Origin: Chrysomallon squamiferum
Taxonomy: Eukaryota > Animalia > Mollusca
Direction: 5' to 3'
Assembly (NCBI GenBank): GCA_012295275.1
Contig: CM022674.1
Location: 992,001 to 1,056,000, forward strand
Length of the DNA stretch: 64,000 nucleotides
Under the pieces are notes generated by a model. That model worked only from the letters and a program-made list of their open reading frames with translations, had not been told where the DNA came from and ran no database searches. Below, in pieces: positions 14,752-37,545 of this stretch. The number at the start of each line of letters is the position of its first letter. Positions within the stretch are counted from its first letter, which is position 1. Position numbers and translations under genes: made by a program.

Positions 14752-15387
14752 AGTAGGTAGATAGATATAAAGCTATTGAAAAATAAAAATGATAAAGTAT
14801 AGAATGTCTTGTTTTATTTTTAATCTATCATCATCATCATAGTTTTCCTAATTGTCAGGATCATATTCATCATCAGGAGCTGCAATGGTAGAAATAGTAA
14901 AGAAATAATACTGGTATTAAATTAGTAATACTAAAAGCATTAAACTGTTAATATTAAGAAAATAAGTAGCAGTATTGGTAGAGGTATTGTAGTAGTAGTA
15001 ATAGTAGCGGTAGTAGCAGTAGATGTACCAATAATACCACTCCTCATAACAATACCAGAGCTGTACATACCATCGCTTCATTTGTAAAAACCAAAGTTAG
15101 AAGTCAGGCCATTGTGACGTCAAACACTGTTCACACTATGACGCCATATAAATAGCGGTTGCTAATGCTTAAAACGTCATAATCAATCATAATATGCAAA
15201 AATGAAGTGACGGAGAAGGACAGAAAAAAGGAAAGAGAGGAGAGAGGAATCAGTCACGTATGCATATGTTATTTTTATTTTTATTTGTTAATGAAACCGT
15301 GGTATAAATAGAGATTAAATTTTCTAATAATTTATTTGAAAGATAACAACATTATTTTAAATAAATTGCTATTAAGCTGAATATATG

Positions 15388-15428
<41 letters not shown>

Positions 15429-15449
15429 TGATGATGATGATGATGATGA

Positions 15450-15499
<50 letters not shown>

Positions 15500-15787
15500 A
15501 TATAACAATTGATTAAATAAATAAAATAAAATAAAATAAAAACACATGCTCAGCCTGTTTTAAATACATACATTTTCATATATACAGAGAGAAATATAAT
15601 AAAACAATTTTTTTTGTATTTACTTGTTTGTTTAGAAATTTCCTTGTTTGTTTGTTTGTTTGTTTGTTTTGTTGTTGTTGAATTTCCAGAATTACGAAAA
15701 TAAAAGAAGGGTACTTTATTGTCAAATAAACAGGCTATTTTATGTTGCTTTCCTTTTAAGTGTTTTGTTGTTGTTTTAATCTATTAA

Positions 15788-15835
<48 letters not shown>

Positions 15836-16354
15836 TTTAATTTATTTTCTTTTTTTATTTAATTTGTATTATTTATTTATTTGTTTATTTATTTATTATT
15901 ATTATTACTACTACTATTTTGTTGTTGTTGCCTTGTTTTCTTTATTATCATCGTCATTTTATTATTTAAATAAGAAAGAAAAAAGTAGAAAATTAAATGT
16001 TTTATTTCAAACGTAAGAACATTAACTGTAACACTAAAATAGGCAACAATGGAACTGTTGTACTTCGGCTGATGTATACTAAGAGGAAGAAAAAATAATT
16101 AAAATGTACGTATAATATAAATATGCCTATATTTATGTGCAGAAACACAGGATAAAATAGGAGAGAGAAATATACTACCTTACAGAGAAACAGTAAAACA
16201 TAAATACTTTTTGTATAGCCCCAACCCATATCGACAATGGTGACCTTTCGGTGCAAAGTTCAGTCAGTGTTTAGGAACTTGGGTTTGACCTAAAACGATG
16301 ATTTTTATCTGTTGCAAAATACAGATACCTTTTATATATAGGCCTATATATATA

Positions 16355-16897
16355 CAGTATTCCCTCGCTATTCGCGGGGGTTACGTTCTTTACCCCCGCG
16401 AATAGCGAAAAACCGCGAATATTGGATGCAGTTTTAAAACGTCTATTATGAGATTATATACGGTACTAAATGCTTCCCAAACACTTTCTAAAGACACTCT
16501 TACTCATTAATACAGTAATAATGTAGTAATATTGCATGCAGTTATGTATTTCACTAATGTAGTAATGATAATGTAAACACATTTTAATTTTGTACTGAAA
16601 CAATATTTTAATCAGAAAGAAACGTAAGTACAGGAGGACAGTAACACCGCATAGCATAGTTACCCATACTGTATTACTGTACCGTAAAGTCATTTTGAAG
16701 ACCTGCTCTGGCTTGTATCCCTTCTCCTCAATGAGTTTCTTAAAGGTCGAAAAGTCTCTATGACCTACAAAAACCCGGTTTACCGAGCATTTGTTTTTAT
16801 GACGTTATGACGCTAGCCTGGTATACCAGCACACGATGCGATAGGGTTAAGAGCCTAACCCGCGAATGGGGAACCGCGAACAGGTGAGGGTATACTG
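16355..16897. mobile_element. Non-autonomous Tc1/mariner-superfamily (pogo/Tigger-like) MITE, 543 bp
   Basis: TIRs CAGTATTCCCTCGCTATTCGCGG and CCGCGAACAGGTGAGGGTATACTG, flanked by TA. The paralogous site at ~4810 is empty. Confidence 0.85.
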
Positions 16898-17137
16898 TAT
16901 ATATTTTTTTTTTATTATTATTATTAGCTTACTAAAAATAACTTTCTGATTTTTATCTGAAATATAGTAATTATTATAACGTATCGGTACTAGTGAAAAG
17001 TACAGAAAAAAATACTGCTTTGTCATTGTGTTGAGCCAGTTTTTGCACTTTCAACCGTAACGTGACACCGTCACAATATAGATCCAGACATCCACCGTAA
17101 ACCGCCAGATAGTTTACTCTGATCAGCAGTAACAAAG

Positions 17138-17961
17138 ATGTCTGCCTACAAGCTCTACTATTTCACCGCTCGAGGTCGCGCCGAAGTTTGCCGTCTGCTG
17201 TTTGCGTACAAGGACGTGCAGTTCGAAGATGTGAGATACACAAGAGAAACGTGGCCTGCAGCGAAACGATGTAAATGGAATTATTTATTAGCTGCGACTG
17301 GTTTTCTTTTATTTAGCTGACTTGACACGAACGTGATCGAAAAATGTTTGCTACGATAACGCTTTTAACAGGATGTTTACTGTCGATGTGATGATAAAAT
17401 ACTTTATATCTAAAGTCCAACAATCAACTAACTGTACGTTATCTTGGAGACTAAAATATTGTGTTTTTGAAGCTTTTTTAGTTGCATGTTCGATTTAGAA
17501 AGTTGAAAGAATAGTGAATTAAAGTTCAATGATTGACCATTATCGTATGCACATTTGACGAACCTTCCGACATACTTGATAAGTATTGTATATTATTGTC
17601 GGGAGAAGTAATGAAGGAATTATCCAGTTGCATCTCCTGTTCCGGAACCCATCCCTGGCGATCCCAGAGATCGGATCCGTGATAGGCGTGCCCGAACCTT
17701 GAATTGGACGTGGGCACGTAAAAAGAGTTCTCCATCCATCCTATCCAGTTGCATAGCCACTGCTAGCACGATTTTGTTTCGTGATTAGTAGCCAAGCAAT
17801 TTGGAAGAGAAACCTGGGACATGAAGCAGTTCGACCTCTGTGGCTGTTTCTGTGCCGAAAACCCAGAACAGTTATTTCAATTAAATTAGTTACTGAGTTA
17901 GGTTAATAAGTACGTTAGATATTTTTGTGGTATTTTTAAATTGTCACACTTACACTCTCTA

Positions 17962-18004
<43 letters not shown>

Positions 18005-18706
18005 CTGTATGTTTGAAACTTTTATTACAAAACAGAACTATTAAATCGCAGAATCATGCATGGATAAAATGTATGTATTTACTTTTAACTTATAATTTAT
18101 AGAGGATATATTTTTGTATTTGATATTGTGAACGTGACTAAGAGAGTTCTTAAAAAAAAACGAAAAATGTTTCATCAGCTTCTAATTGAGTGAGATGCCA
18201 GTACTTGAGTACTTGCAGTGTTGAATATCAGGTAAGAAACCTGATGCATTCTATTAACCTGAGATCGTATCAAATATCCACATCATTTTCATTAACTGGA
18301 CAAAAAACAAACAAATAAAATAGTGTTAATTATAAAGTGGATTAGTGATTGTGTATAGGATTGATATTAATACTTTTAATGCTGTGTTGAGCCTGGTCAC
18401 CGAATGCTTGTCATGGTTGTAAGATTAAATCTTATCTGTGTCCTTATTCATGAATTTATTATTGTTTTGATTTACTTGATTTTTTAAATTTTTTATTGTA
18501 ATGTAGATCAAAATGTATATAGCTAACAGGCATAATTGTTTTCTACATATATATTATTTTTTTAACTTGCTTTAATATTATTTCTTACTTTGCTTTTTTT
18601 TTTTATTTTTATTTATTTATTTATTTATTTTTAACTTGCTTTATTCTCATTTCTTACTTTGCTTTTTTATTTTTATTTATTTACTTATTTATTTATTTAT
18701 ATTTTA

Positions 18707-18738
<32 letters not shown>

Positions 18739-19875
18739 CTGTAAATTTCAGACATATTTATTCTTGATCATAGTGTTTTCAATTCAACTGAAACTCAATG
18801 TTTTCATTTTTTTTCCATTTCTTAAAATCTCATTTTGTTTAATTTATTGTTGTATTTTTGTTATTTTATTTTTTTTTTTTATTTTATTTTTATTTTTTAT
18901 TTCCAGCATTTCCAACTGGACACTTGCCATGCTTGGAGGTCGATGGCAAAAAACTTTCTCAGACCGTCGCCATAACTAACTTCATAGCCCGAAAACTAGG
19001 TTATTAGGTTATGTAAAACTGCTTTTATGATAATAATTAGAACTAATAATAAATAAAAGTTTATAGCAGGATGTAATCCTATAGCAGATTATATTCTACT
19101 ATCATATTAGTTTAAGTAATCAGCTAATTTTTATTAATTTCTTACAAGGCCTACTAACATTTTTTTAATTTAATTTTTATATATATATATATATTTTGTT
19201 TTTTTTTTGGTTTTTTTTTTTTTTTTTTTTTTGATTATTATTTATTATTAAATGACTGAATCCCACTAACATTTAGTTTTGTTATGGTAGAACCAACATA
19301 CCCTACCAACATCTAATTTTGTTGTTTTAGGAATATCCTACCAGATTTTTTTCTTTTTTTCTTTTTCTTTTCTAGGACTGTCTTACTAGCATCTGTTTCT
19401 GTTGCTGTCAGACTGTATTCTCTTAACATTTAGTTTTGTTACCTCACTATACACTGCTGAAATCCACTTTCTTAGTAGAACTATCTTATTAACTTCAAAT
19501 TTGGTTGTGGAAAGACAACTCTTATCCTCTGGTTTTCTTGTTATAACTATTGTCTCTATTTTTCAAATAAGATTTATTTAGTTTTTTGAAAAACTATCCA
19601 TTCATTCAGTTTTTTTGGTGTAAGACTTAAACCTGTTAAACGACAGTTTTTCCTATTCTGATAGGACTGTATATAACATCTGCTGTAGGATTATATCCTA
19701 CTAAGGCCTGGTTCTGTTGTTGTAGGACTCTATCCTACTGATGTCTGGGAACAAGCCAGGACTGATGAGATAATTCAGTCAATTCAGGACTTTCTGTACG
19801 CCTTTATCAAAGCCCTCCATGAGAAAGATGAAACTAAGAAGGTTTTTTCAAACACACACACACACACACTCACAC

Positions 19876-19931
<56 letters not shown>

Positions 19932-20063
19932 ACACATACACAGACACACACGCACACACATACATATATACACACATGTACACACACACACACATACACA
20001 CACATATATACACACACACATATACACCCATGTTCACTTACACACACATACACACATTCACAC

Positions 20064-20101
<38 letters not shown>

Positions 20102-21244
20102 GTACACTCACACATACACAGACACATACACACAGACATGCACATGCACACACACAAAAAACAAACATGCATGTTCAGGAAGCTGAACTAAATAACATTT
20201 AAATGTGTGTACACATTGTTACATGTCTGAAATTTGCAGCTATGTTTACACAGTTGTGTCCAGTGATATCAGCACAACATTTAATGTTTTTCTTACTGAT
20301 TAATAATGAATTATATCAAAAAAAAAAAAAAAAAAATAAATATATAATAATAATAATAATAAGTATTTTACTGTAAAAAAAATATATATTTAAAATCCAT
20401 TTTGATTTTAGAAAAATACTTTCTAAATGTGTTTCAATTATTTTTATATGTATAAATATTTCAAAATATGTTTATTTTTTAACATTTAATAAGGTTATAT
20501 TTTATTCCAAGTAAATGTTCATATGTATGTGTTATATATATATATATATGTTTGTATGTACATACATATGTATATACGTTTTGGTATGAATACTGCCTGT
20601 ATATAACACATGACTATATATAACATACGTGACTATATTTCCACACACACACATACCCCTGTAAGCAGTGGAATCACTGTTTAACTCTGAATTTTATAAT
20701 GAGGTTGATTCGATTTCAGTATCATGTTTTACAAACAGGTTGATCAATGTCAAAACAACACCTGTTTTTAATAAATAAAAAAAAGAAACTACAACAAACA
20801 AAACAAACCAGGCAACAGATTCAGATTATAATGTAACAGATAACTGTAATAAATTAATTCTTCACCAATCAAAATTAATTACTAAACCAGGATCACCTTG
20901 AGATTGCCTTGTGCTTTATCTTGTTGATGGGATTATAACTTAAAGTGGCTAAATGCAGATTTATCTTTACATTGGATTTGCGTAGTTATTACAGTGAACT
21001 GAGAAAATTAATGATGAAGAGAAATATGGCAGTTTAACGAAAATTATTATTATTTTTTTATTTTTTTTTATGACATTTATCACATTATCAGTAACAGATG
21101 TGACACTCCAGTTTAAAAAAAAAAAAATTGAATTTATTTATTTAAATTTAATATTTGTCAGCTTCATGTTATTGCAGGATACACTAAAGTAGTTGTACAT
21201 GTATTTGTTCTTATTAAATAATAATTGAATTTTCAAAAATTACG

Positions 21245-21316
<72 letters not shown>

Positions 21317-22901
21317 ATATGGATGGATGGATTTGTGTATGAATGTACATGCGTGTGCATGTGTCCATGTTCATATGTTTATGTATTGTTTATCTTTGCT
21401 TGTATATATATGTTTCTGTGACCCTTTATGTCTGCATAACGTGTAAATTAATTACTTTTCCTGTTTCAGGAAGAATTGAAAAAGACAGTGGGAAAAGAAG
21501 ATTACCTAAAATTGTGTGCCAAAATGGAGATGTGGCTGAAAGAGAATGCAGGCAACGGGGTCTTCGTGGGCAAAGAAGTACGTGAAATACACTTAAATTT
21601 CTCCATTTTCAGTACTGATACAAAAAACCTTTGAAACAGAATTATTAATTAATATGCTGATGAAAAAAATAACAGCAACCACAAACAGAGCAGAAGGAAG
21701 TATTCAACAAAAGTGATACTGGTTTTTGTTCTTTTAAATATAATGTAACTGTGTGTGTGTCTTTGTGTGTGTGTGTGTGTTGTGTGTCTTTGTGTGTGTG
21801 TGTGTGTGTTGTGTGTGTGTTGTGTGTCAGTTAAGAAATTGTATATTTTAAGTGACTGTTATAGCATCAAAATTTCGACTTCCCTTGATCCTGTAGGTGA
21901 ACAATCAAAATAACAGAATCTCTGGACTTTCTTAAATCAGTTTTCAGTCCTCTACACCCTCCTTGGTATCAGAGTTCAATGTTCTTCAAATACATAGGTA
22001 CAGCCCAACATTGTTATTTATTTTTGTTGTTGTTGTTTGTTAAATAGGACAAGAATGTCAGATATCAAATGCAAGGAGCGAGTTCTATTACAAAATAAAA
22101 TTTATGCTCTGATTTTTGCCATTTGATGAATTGTTTATCAACTTTGGTATATTTCTGTGTCAGAAATGTAATAAATGGAATTTAAATTTCCAATAACAGT
22201 AAAATTAACAAACTGTAGAATTCTGCCAGTTAAAATTTGATATTCTTACCCTTACTTTTGGTTGTGAAATGTTTGTGATCTTTCAGAATATTTTGTTTTT
22301 AATAATAATTATGTATCGTGTGTGTGTGTGTGTGTATGTGTTTGTATGTGCGTTATATTTATAATATAAAACAAACTGATATAATATATATTTCATTCAC
22401 AATTGGAAATTTTATTTATCTGCTTTTGGTTGTGTATGCAGCTGTTTTGTAATCAGGATTTAAAAAAAAAAACACTAATTGTTTTTAATATTTTATTTAT
22501 ATGATTATGATTTTTGAAAATTATTTTCACATTTATTTAAAAACAGTTATTTTTATTCATTTATTTATATATTCACTTAACATATTTGGTTTTAATTATA
22601 CAATTATGAATTTAATGAAGTATCTTTTTGCTGTTATTAATTGATATATTTTTCCGGTTTTTTTTTTTCTGTAATTACGATTTTTAAAAATGTGTATTTT
22701 ATTTAATATTTTTATAAATTTCAGATCACCGTGGCAGACATCGCTGTCTTTGAATTGCTGTGGAGCACAAAGAAACACGCAGTAAACAACAGCGTCTTCA
22801 CAGACGACAAGTACAAGAGTCTGATAGAAAACTTCAAAAAAGTCGAGTCGCACCCAAAAATTGCCGCGTGGATTGAAAAACGGCCAGACACAAAACTGTG
22901 A
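17138..22901 (+). CDS. Glutathione S-transferase, sigma class (GST copy 2), 208 aa
   Basis: Exons 17138-17270, 18907-18999, 19726-19841, 21470-21577, 22725-22901. Exon lengths are identical to copy 1, the frame is open and splice sites are intact. Confidence 0.93.
17634..17741 (+). mobile_element. 5'-truncated SINE/LINE-type insertion, 108 bp, in GST2 intron 1
   Basis: 13-bp TSD TATCCAGTTGCAT (17621-17633 and 17742-17754), 3' (TCCA)n tail, GTGCCC...GGGCAC stem. The site in GST1 intron 1 (~5742) is empty. Confidence 0.85.
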
Positions 22902-24292
22902 AAAGGGACACAACTCTGCAAAAATAACTTCCAATAAAACACCAATAAATTTTTTGACATTCATCGCAGGAAAATTCCAGTAGTTTCTTCAGAAATAATG
23001 CAGGAATATTCTGCTACATTCATTAAAAAAAAAATCAATAATAATAATAGTAAAACAAATTACTGCACTTGAACTAATAGTTTTGAGGGAAAACACTGAA
23101 AAATATGCCAAGATTTTAGTTGAAGAATTAAGCCTTGTTTCCAATTCCCATTTTTCTAATCAACATTTATATATTTTAAGTACTTATACTAATCTTTTTA
23201 TGCAAATATACAAATCTAAATATTATCTGGGAAATACTCCAAGACAATACGAGAAGAAGAAACAGTTGCATCATACTGTCCTGGCAGGGTAAATTCTTTA
23301 CATAATGTAAAAAAACGGACATTTTTGTTTTTCGCTATTTTATGTTGTTCTGCTAACCTTCAATATTATATGCTAATATTTTGAGTTTAAACTTAATGGG
23401 TAAATGTAAAAATAAAACGTCACATTTAATTGTTTTTCAAATTGAATGCTTTGAGTATTAAAAATATAATCTGTGAATGTTATTTTAACAAATAATTATT
23501 ACACATTTACCTTTTTGACTACATATTTTTTTTTTTGTGATTTTTATAAAAACATTTTATGTGTGTGTTCAATATAGCTCACCAATAAATTAATTAAATT
23601 TCTGATTGTGCTTGTTATTACTATTCCTGTTACCCATTAAACAAACAGTATTTAATAATCATACACAAAACAACAACAACAATAATAATAATAATAATAT
23701 AAATAATAATAATGGTTTTGAATGCGAACTAACTGACTATATGATCAAGCCAACAATGACATCCTTTACCAAATCCAGTTTACTTTAGAGATCTGGATAA
23801 TACATTTGTTAATACGACTTTACGTCATTCTTCTAAACAGTATATTATGTACAGTCGGCTGACCACATCGACAAACAGTTCATAAAGAACAATAGCAGAT
23901 CAAACAGGAATTGTGTATTTTTATAAATTCCTTCTCATAAGAATAAGTAGTTGAAAAAAATATTTGAACTATGGTGGAATAAGACGATAACTGGAATCGA
24001 TCTGAATCATAAAACAAGTCTGACAACCAGCAGATATGAACGATATATCAGGTTATTACGTGAACATCGTAGATTTTGTTAGTTGACATAATCAGTCTGC
24101 TACTTAGTCTATTAAATAATTAAATAAACTGATAAGAGAGTCGATTAGATTTTTGATCTTTATTACCAGTTTTGTATTACTGCTACCTAAACAAGAAGAC
24201 TATGCATACAAAAAAAAAAAAAAAAATAAAAAATAAAAAATAAAAATAAAAGTTTGAAATGTAACAAGGGAACCTCTGTAGCGAGAAACAAG

Positions 24293-24415
24293 ATGAAGAT
24301 GTTCAAAATATCTTGATAGCAACATCCCTACTTGACAACATGATAACAGACGCTTTAGTTCCAGCAAACAGTGATTCCGTGAGTTCAAAACTGACAAAAA
24401 ATAACAATTTGACAG
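24293..24415 (+). pseudogene. PAN-propeller copy A' (decayed exon-1 stub)
   Basis: ATGAAGATGTTCAAAA... with the signal-peptide segment deleted. Truncated at the same point as copy A. Confidence 0.75.
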
Positions 24416-25124
24416 AATGGAGAATTACATACATCGATACGCTCACACAAACGCATCAAAAAAAAAAAAAAAAATCCCTTTACTAGAGTAAGGATTGAAA
24501 TTTCTGAAAAAAATAAATAAATGTATTCATTGTAAAAATTTATACAAAAAAAAATTAATACAACTATCTTTATCTATTAAAACTATTCAATATTGACAAC
24601 TAAAATTTAGTCGTATCTTAGATTAATGTTTATCATTTCCGGTTCACTGAAACCTTTACTGATAGCTTCCCTGTACAACAACAAAAACACGAATTAAAAA
24701 GAAGGCAAACAATATGTCGAAACAAAGTGTCTTGCATCTGGATTCAAGAGCACAGAGCAACACAATGTATTTTTTCCTTTGAACCACAGTAATTTCAAAC
24801 TGTGGTAAAGTCTCTTTTCGCCGTGTGCGTATGTGTATGTCTGAGTGTTTGATTTTTGTCTGTATGTGTGTTCGTCTGTATGAATGACTTTGTGTATGTG
24901 AACTGTCAAGGGAAGCTGAGTGGTCTATTGTTCACCCATTTAGTTGTAGGAACCTAATCATAATGATGATAATAATAACATGTTGATGATGTTAATAAAG
25001 ATTAGGAATATGATCGTAATAAAGTTAACGATGGGCATAATAATGAATATTATGATTATAATAATGAGGATAATGATAAAGTATTGATGATGCTGATAAT
25101 AATGATGATGATAATCATTTTATT

Positions 25125-25208
<84 letters not shown>

Positions 25209-25720
25209 TCAACAACAACAACAACAGCAAGAAAAAATTAGATTTTTAAATGCAGTTTTTCGCTTTATTCAGTATTTCATTTTAAAAAGAAAACAAGAAC
25301 TAGCATAAGATGCTAGATGTACATTCTCTGTAAAAGATAAAACAAAATAAAATAAATAAATAAATCAAAGTATATATATATATATATATACATACTGTTC
25401 ATGTTGATGTTTTGTTAAAAGAATTTGTGTGAAAATTTCTCTATCTGCAATCAATCTGAATATGTGTGTGTGTGTGTGTGCGTGCGTGCATATTTACATA
25501 TGTAAATTTCAAGTTAGTGTATTTGTGTGTTTGTATGTGTGTATATATGTATGTTATATTGAATGTATTTGCATGATCACAAGAAATAAATGAAACTAAG
25601 AATATAGAACTAAGAGGTAAATGAATGAAAGAATGAATGAATGAATAAATAAAACAAAATATCAGAAGAAGAAACAAACCTGCACCTTCCTTTGCTATGT
25701 GGGTGTCACAAACACGAAAT

Positions 25721-29216
<3,496 letters not shown>

Positions 29217-29798
29217 CTTGTCTGTCGCGAAAAAAGTTTCCTTGTTATATTTAAAACTTCTTTTTTATGCTTTTTTTTAATTTACTTTCTCTTTAAATAT
29301 TCATATATACTTCTTTTCTTAGCAGTAATACAATACTGGTAATAAAGATCAAAATTCTGTTATCAGTTTATTTAATTATTTAATAGTCTTGTTTAGAGGA
29401 CTGTTTATGTCAGCTAACAAAATCTACGATGTTCACGTGATAACCTGATATTTCTTTCCTATCTGCTGGTTGTCAGTTTTGACTTTCTCATACATCAGAC
29501 TTGTTTTATGTCCTGATCGATTCCAGATATCGTCTTCTTCTAGCGTAGTTCAAATACTTTGTTCACCACTTATTCTAAAATGAGAAGGAATTATAAAAAT
29601 ACACAATTTCTGCTTGTTCTGTATCAAATCTTTGTCACTGTGGTCAGCTGAGAGATCACAATAGATTGTTTACTGGGATGAAATAATATCATAATTATCA
29701 AATTAATTATTATATTCTATCCGAAAAGTTAAAACTGGTTTTGGTAAACGATGTCATTGTAGGGCCTGTGATATTGTCAATTAATTCCCATTCTAAAC

Positions 29799-29907
<109 letters not shown>

Positions 29908-30589
29908 ATTATTTTCTTTCTTTTTTTGTGTATTATTATTCTTGTTCTTATTCGTATTTTCATTTGTGAGTGATATTTAAATATTGTTTCTTTAATGGTT
30001 AACAGGAATTCATATATCATGCTGCAAAATGACACTACATCCTTAACCAATATTTTTTGCAAATCATTCTAGATTTCACAGAAATGATACTTCAAAAATA
30101 AACCTCACAGTTCCAGAGAAAATATTGCAACATATGCCAAGATTTTAGTTGAAGAATTAAGCCTTGTTTCCAATTCCCATTTTTCTAATGAAAATGTTGG
30201 TTAATTTATGTACTTATGCTAATCTGCAAAATATACAAATCTAAATATTATGTGGGAAAATACTCGAATTCTAGGAAAAGAAACAGTTGTTTCATACTGT
30301 CCTTGTCAGTTTAAATTCTTTACATAACTAACGTTTTTGTTTCGTGCTATTTTATGCTGTTCTACTGCAATCGATGAATAATTTCATGAAGGAGGCTGTG
30401 TGTTGAGAGGCCAGTTCAAATCTCAGAACCCACAAGGGCCGCAAATAGGGCTCAGTTAATTTCGTTATGAAAAGTGGAAGTATTAACGTTAATGAATTTG
30501 TTATACGGTAATATTTCCAGTTTAAACTTACTGGGTAAATTTGAAAATAAAACATCGCCTCTAAATTGTTTTAGTTTTTTCTGAAAATT

Positions 30590-31164
30590 GATGTCAAAGA
30601 ACAGCGGGTCAAGCAGGAATTGTGTATTTTAATAATTCCTTCTCATCTTAGAATAAGTAGTGAACAAAATATTTGAACTATGGTGGAATAAGACGACACC
30701 TGCAATCGATCTGGACATAAAACAAGGATGATGTATGAGAAAGTCAAAACTGACAACCAGCAGATAGGAAAGGTATGTCAGGTATTCAGGAGCTCAGCAT
30801 CCTAGATTCTGTTACCTGATAGATATAGTCTGCTACACACAACCTGATTTTGTTCAACCAAATCTATTCAGAATCGGTACTCAGAATCTATCATCGTTTA
30901 TTTGCTTATGTAATATTACCCAGCATTTTCTACTTAGCAAATCACCGTGTATTTTTTATCTTCAACAGAAACATCGCCACTTCTAGAACACTCGATCCGT
31001 CTTTTAAATGCACCGTAATAAATAATTAAATAAACTGATAAGAAAATCAGATACATTTTTAATCTTTATTACCAGTATTTTATTTCTGCTAGCTAAATAC
31101 ATACATACATAAGAAAAACAGACGTTTTAAATGTAAGAAGCAGTCCTTTATCACGAGAGACAAG
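30590..31164 (+). promoter_or_regulatory. Conserved upstream module of PAN-propeller genes (putative promoter/5'UTR)
   Basis: The block AGGAATTGTGTATTT...GAATAAGTAG..GAAC/AAAATATTTGAACTATG...CTGACAACCAGCAGA...AATAATTAAATAAACTGATAA recurs before copies A (~11930), A' (~23905), B (~29610,-), C, E (~60505) and F (~61745). Function is inferred from position only. Confidence 0.5.
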
Positions 31165-35893
<4,729 letters not shown>

Positions 35894-36308
35894 CTGCTCG
35901 CTGCTCGTTCAGTTGCACGGATGTTCAGGATTTATTTATTGATTTACTAGCTTATTGATTTATTTATTCATTCATTTTATTTTATTTATTTATTTTTTTA
36001 TTTTTTTATTTGTGACCCGTCAGAGGCATCTGACGGGGTTTGTGAGGTTGTGATTATACTTTGTCCTCCTGCGCCGGTGCGTTCAGGAATACTGTCGATG
36101 TGCAGAGTCTACTCAGACGTACATATAAGTCACAGAATATTGAAAATCCTAAATTACATACCTACATACATACATACATACATACATACCTTACATAAAA
36201 CAGAGAAAATTCAAAATCTTAAACTACATACATACATACATTACAGAAAAGAAAAGAACATACACAGAACAGTTTTTAATAATCATAATAATAATAATAA
36301 TAATAATA

Positions 36309-36389
<81 letters not shown>

Positions 36390-37007
36390 GCTGTTTCTGT
36401 TGCTTTTGTTGTTGTTGTTGTGGGTGGTGGTGGTGGCGTTGTTATTGTTATAATTATCTTATTCTATTTTATTTTATTTGTTTATTTATTTATTTGTTTA
36501 TTTAATCATTCATTCATTCATTTTTGTTTGTTATTCTTTATTTTTCATTTCTTTCTTTCAGAGTGACTACATCTGCTTTATTTTATAGTAGTTCTGGTTT
36601 TCTTGTAAAAGAATAAACAGAGAAACTATATTTAAGAATTGAATTTTGTTGTTGTTGATGTTGTTGCTGTTTAGTCTTCAAAGGAGGGAAAAGAGAAAGA
36701 GACAGTGAACAGAGAGAACTACTGAGTGAATGAACAAACGAGAAAGAGAAAGATAAACAAATAAAATAATTATCATCATCATTACTATTAATATTTTTAC
36801 TATCCTATTCATCATGATGGTCGTCATCATCATCATTTTATCTTTGATCTCATTATTGTAATTATAATATTCATTATTATGCCCAACCTTAACTTTATTA
36901 AGGTGATGATGATGATGATGATGATGATGTTCGTAAAACTAAATGAGTAGACACTAGACCGCTCAGTTTCCATTAATAGTTGACACTCACAAACTCACAT
37001 ACACACA

Positions 37008-37043
<36 letters not shown>

Positions 37044-37054
37044 CACACACACAA

Positions 37055-37092
<38 letters not shown>

Positions 37093-37139
37093 AAACACAC
37101 TTTACCATAGTTTGACATCACTGCAGTTGAGTAGAACTG

Positions 37140-37545
37140 TCACTCGTCTGATGAGGTCACGTGGGATACGAAGCTCTTCTCTCTGAACGAAGACCTCAGT
37201 CATTCTTCTTTGGTTGACTGGACGTTGTGGATGTAGTCAAACACGACATCCCATCACGTCACACAGAGGTTTCTATTACACACGTCTCTGAGCACGCAGG
37301 CCACGGCAACACGTTGACGTTGTTGGTTCTAAGGAAGTTTTGTCCAGTTCCGACTGTATGGACTGATCCTGTTCTCTGATAAATGATGTCACATGACTCT
37401 TGCAGAAGAAATGAAAGGATACGGAACGTCATCGAAGGTAATCTGTCGAGTTTCTGTTAAAGGTGACCAGTGGTGAGTCCTATCCTGCCCTCAGACCCCT
37501 CCCCACAGCAGCACACGCCCTCCACCATAAAGCACCATAACGAGT
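37140..37545 (-). mobile_element. Decayed Tc1-family transposase relic
   Basis: The minus strand gives YGGGRVLLWGGV* (Tc1 GGGSVMVWG) and FLRTNNVNVLPWPACS (Tc1 WPxxSPDLNPIE region), with stops and frameshifts. Confidence 0.7.

Noticed and set aside
37148-37175. CTGATGA hammerhead-like cores (also 38231, and 55-62 on the minus strand)
   Set aside because: No properly paired stem II closing onto GAAA. The 37148 site lies in a Tc1 relic.
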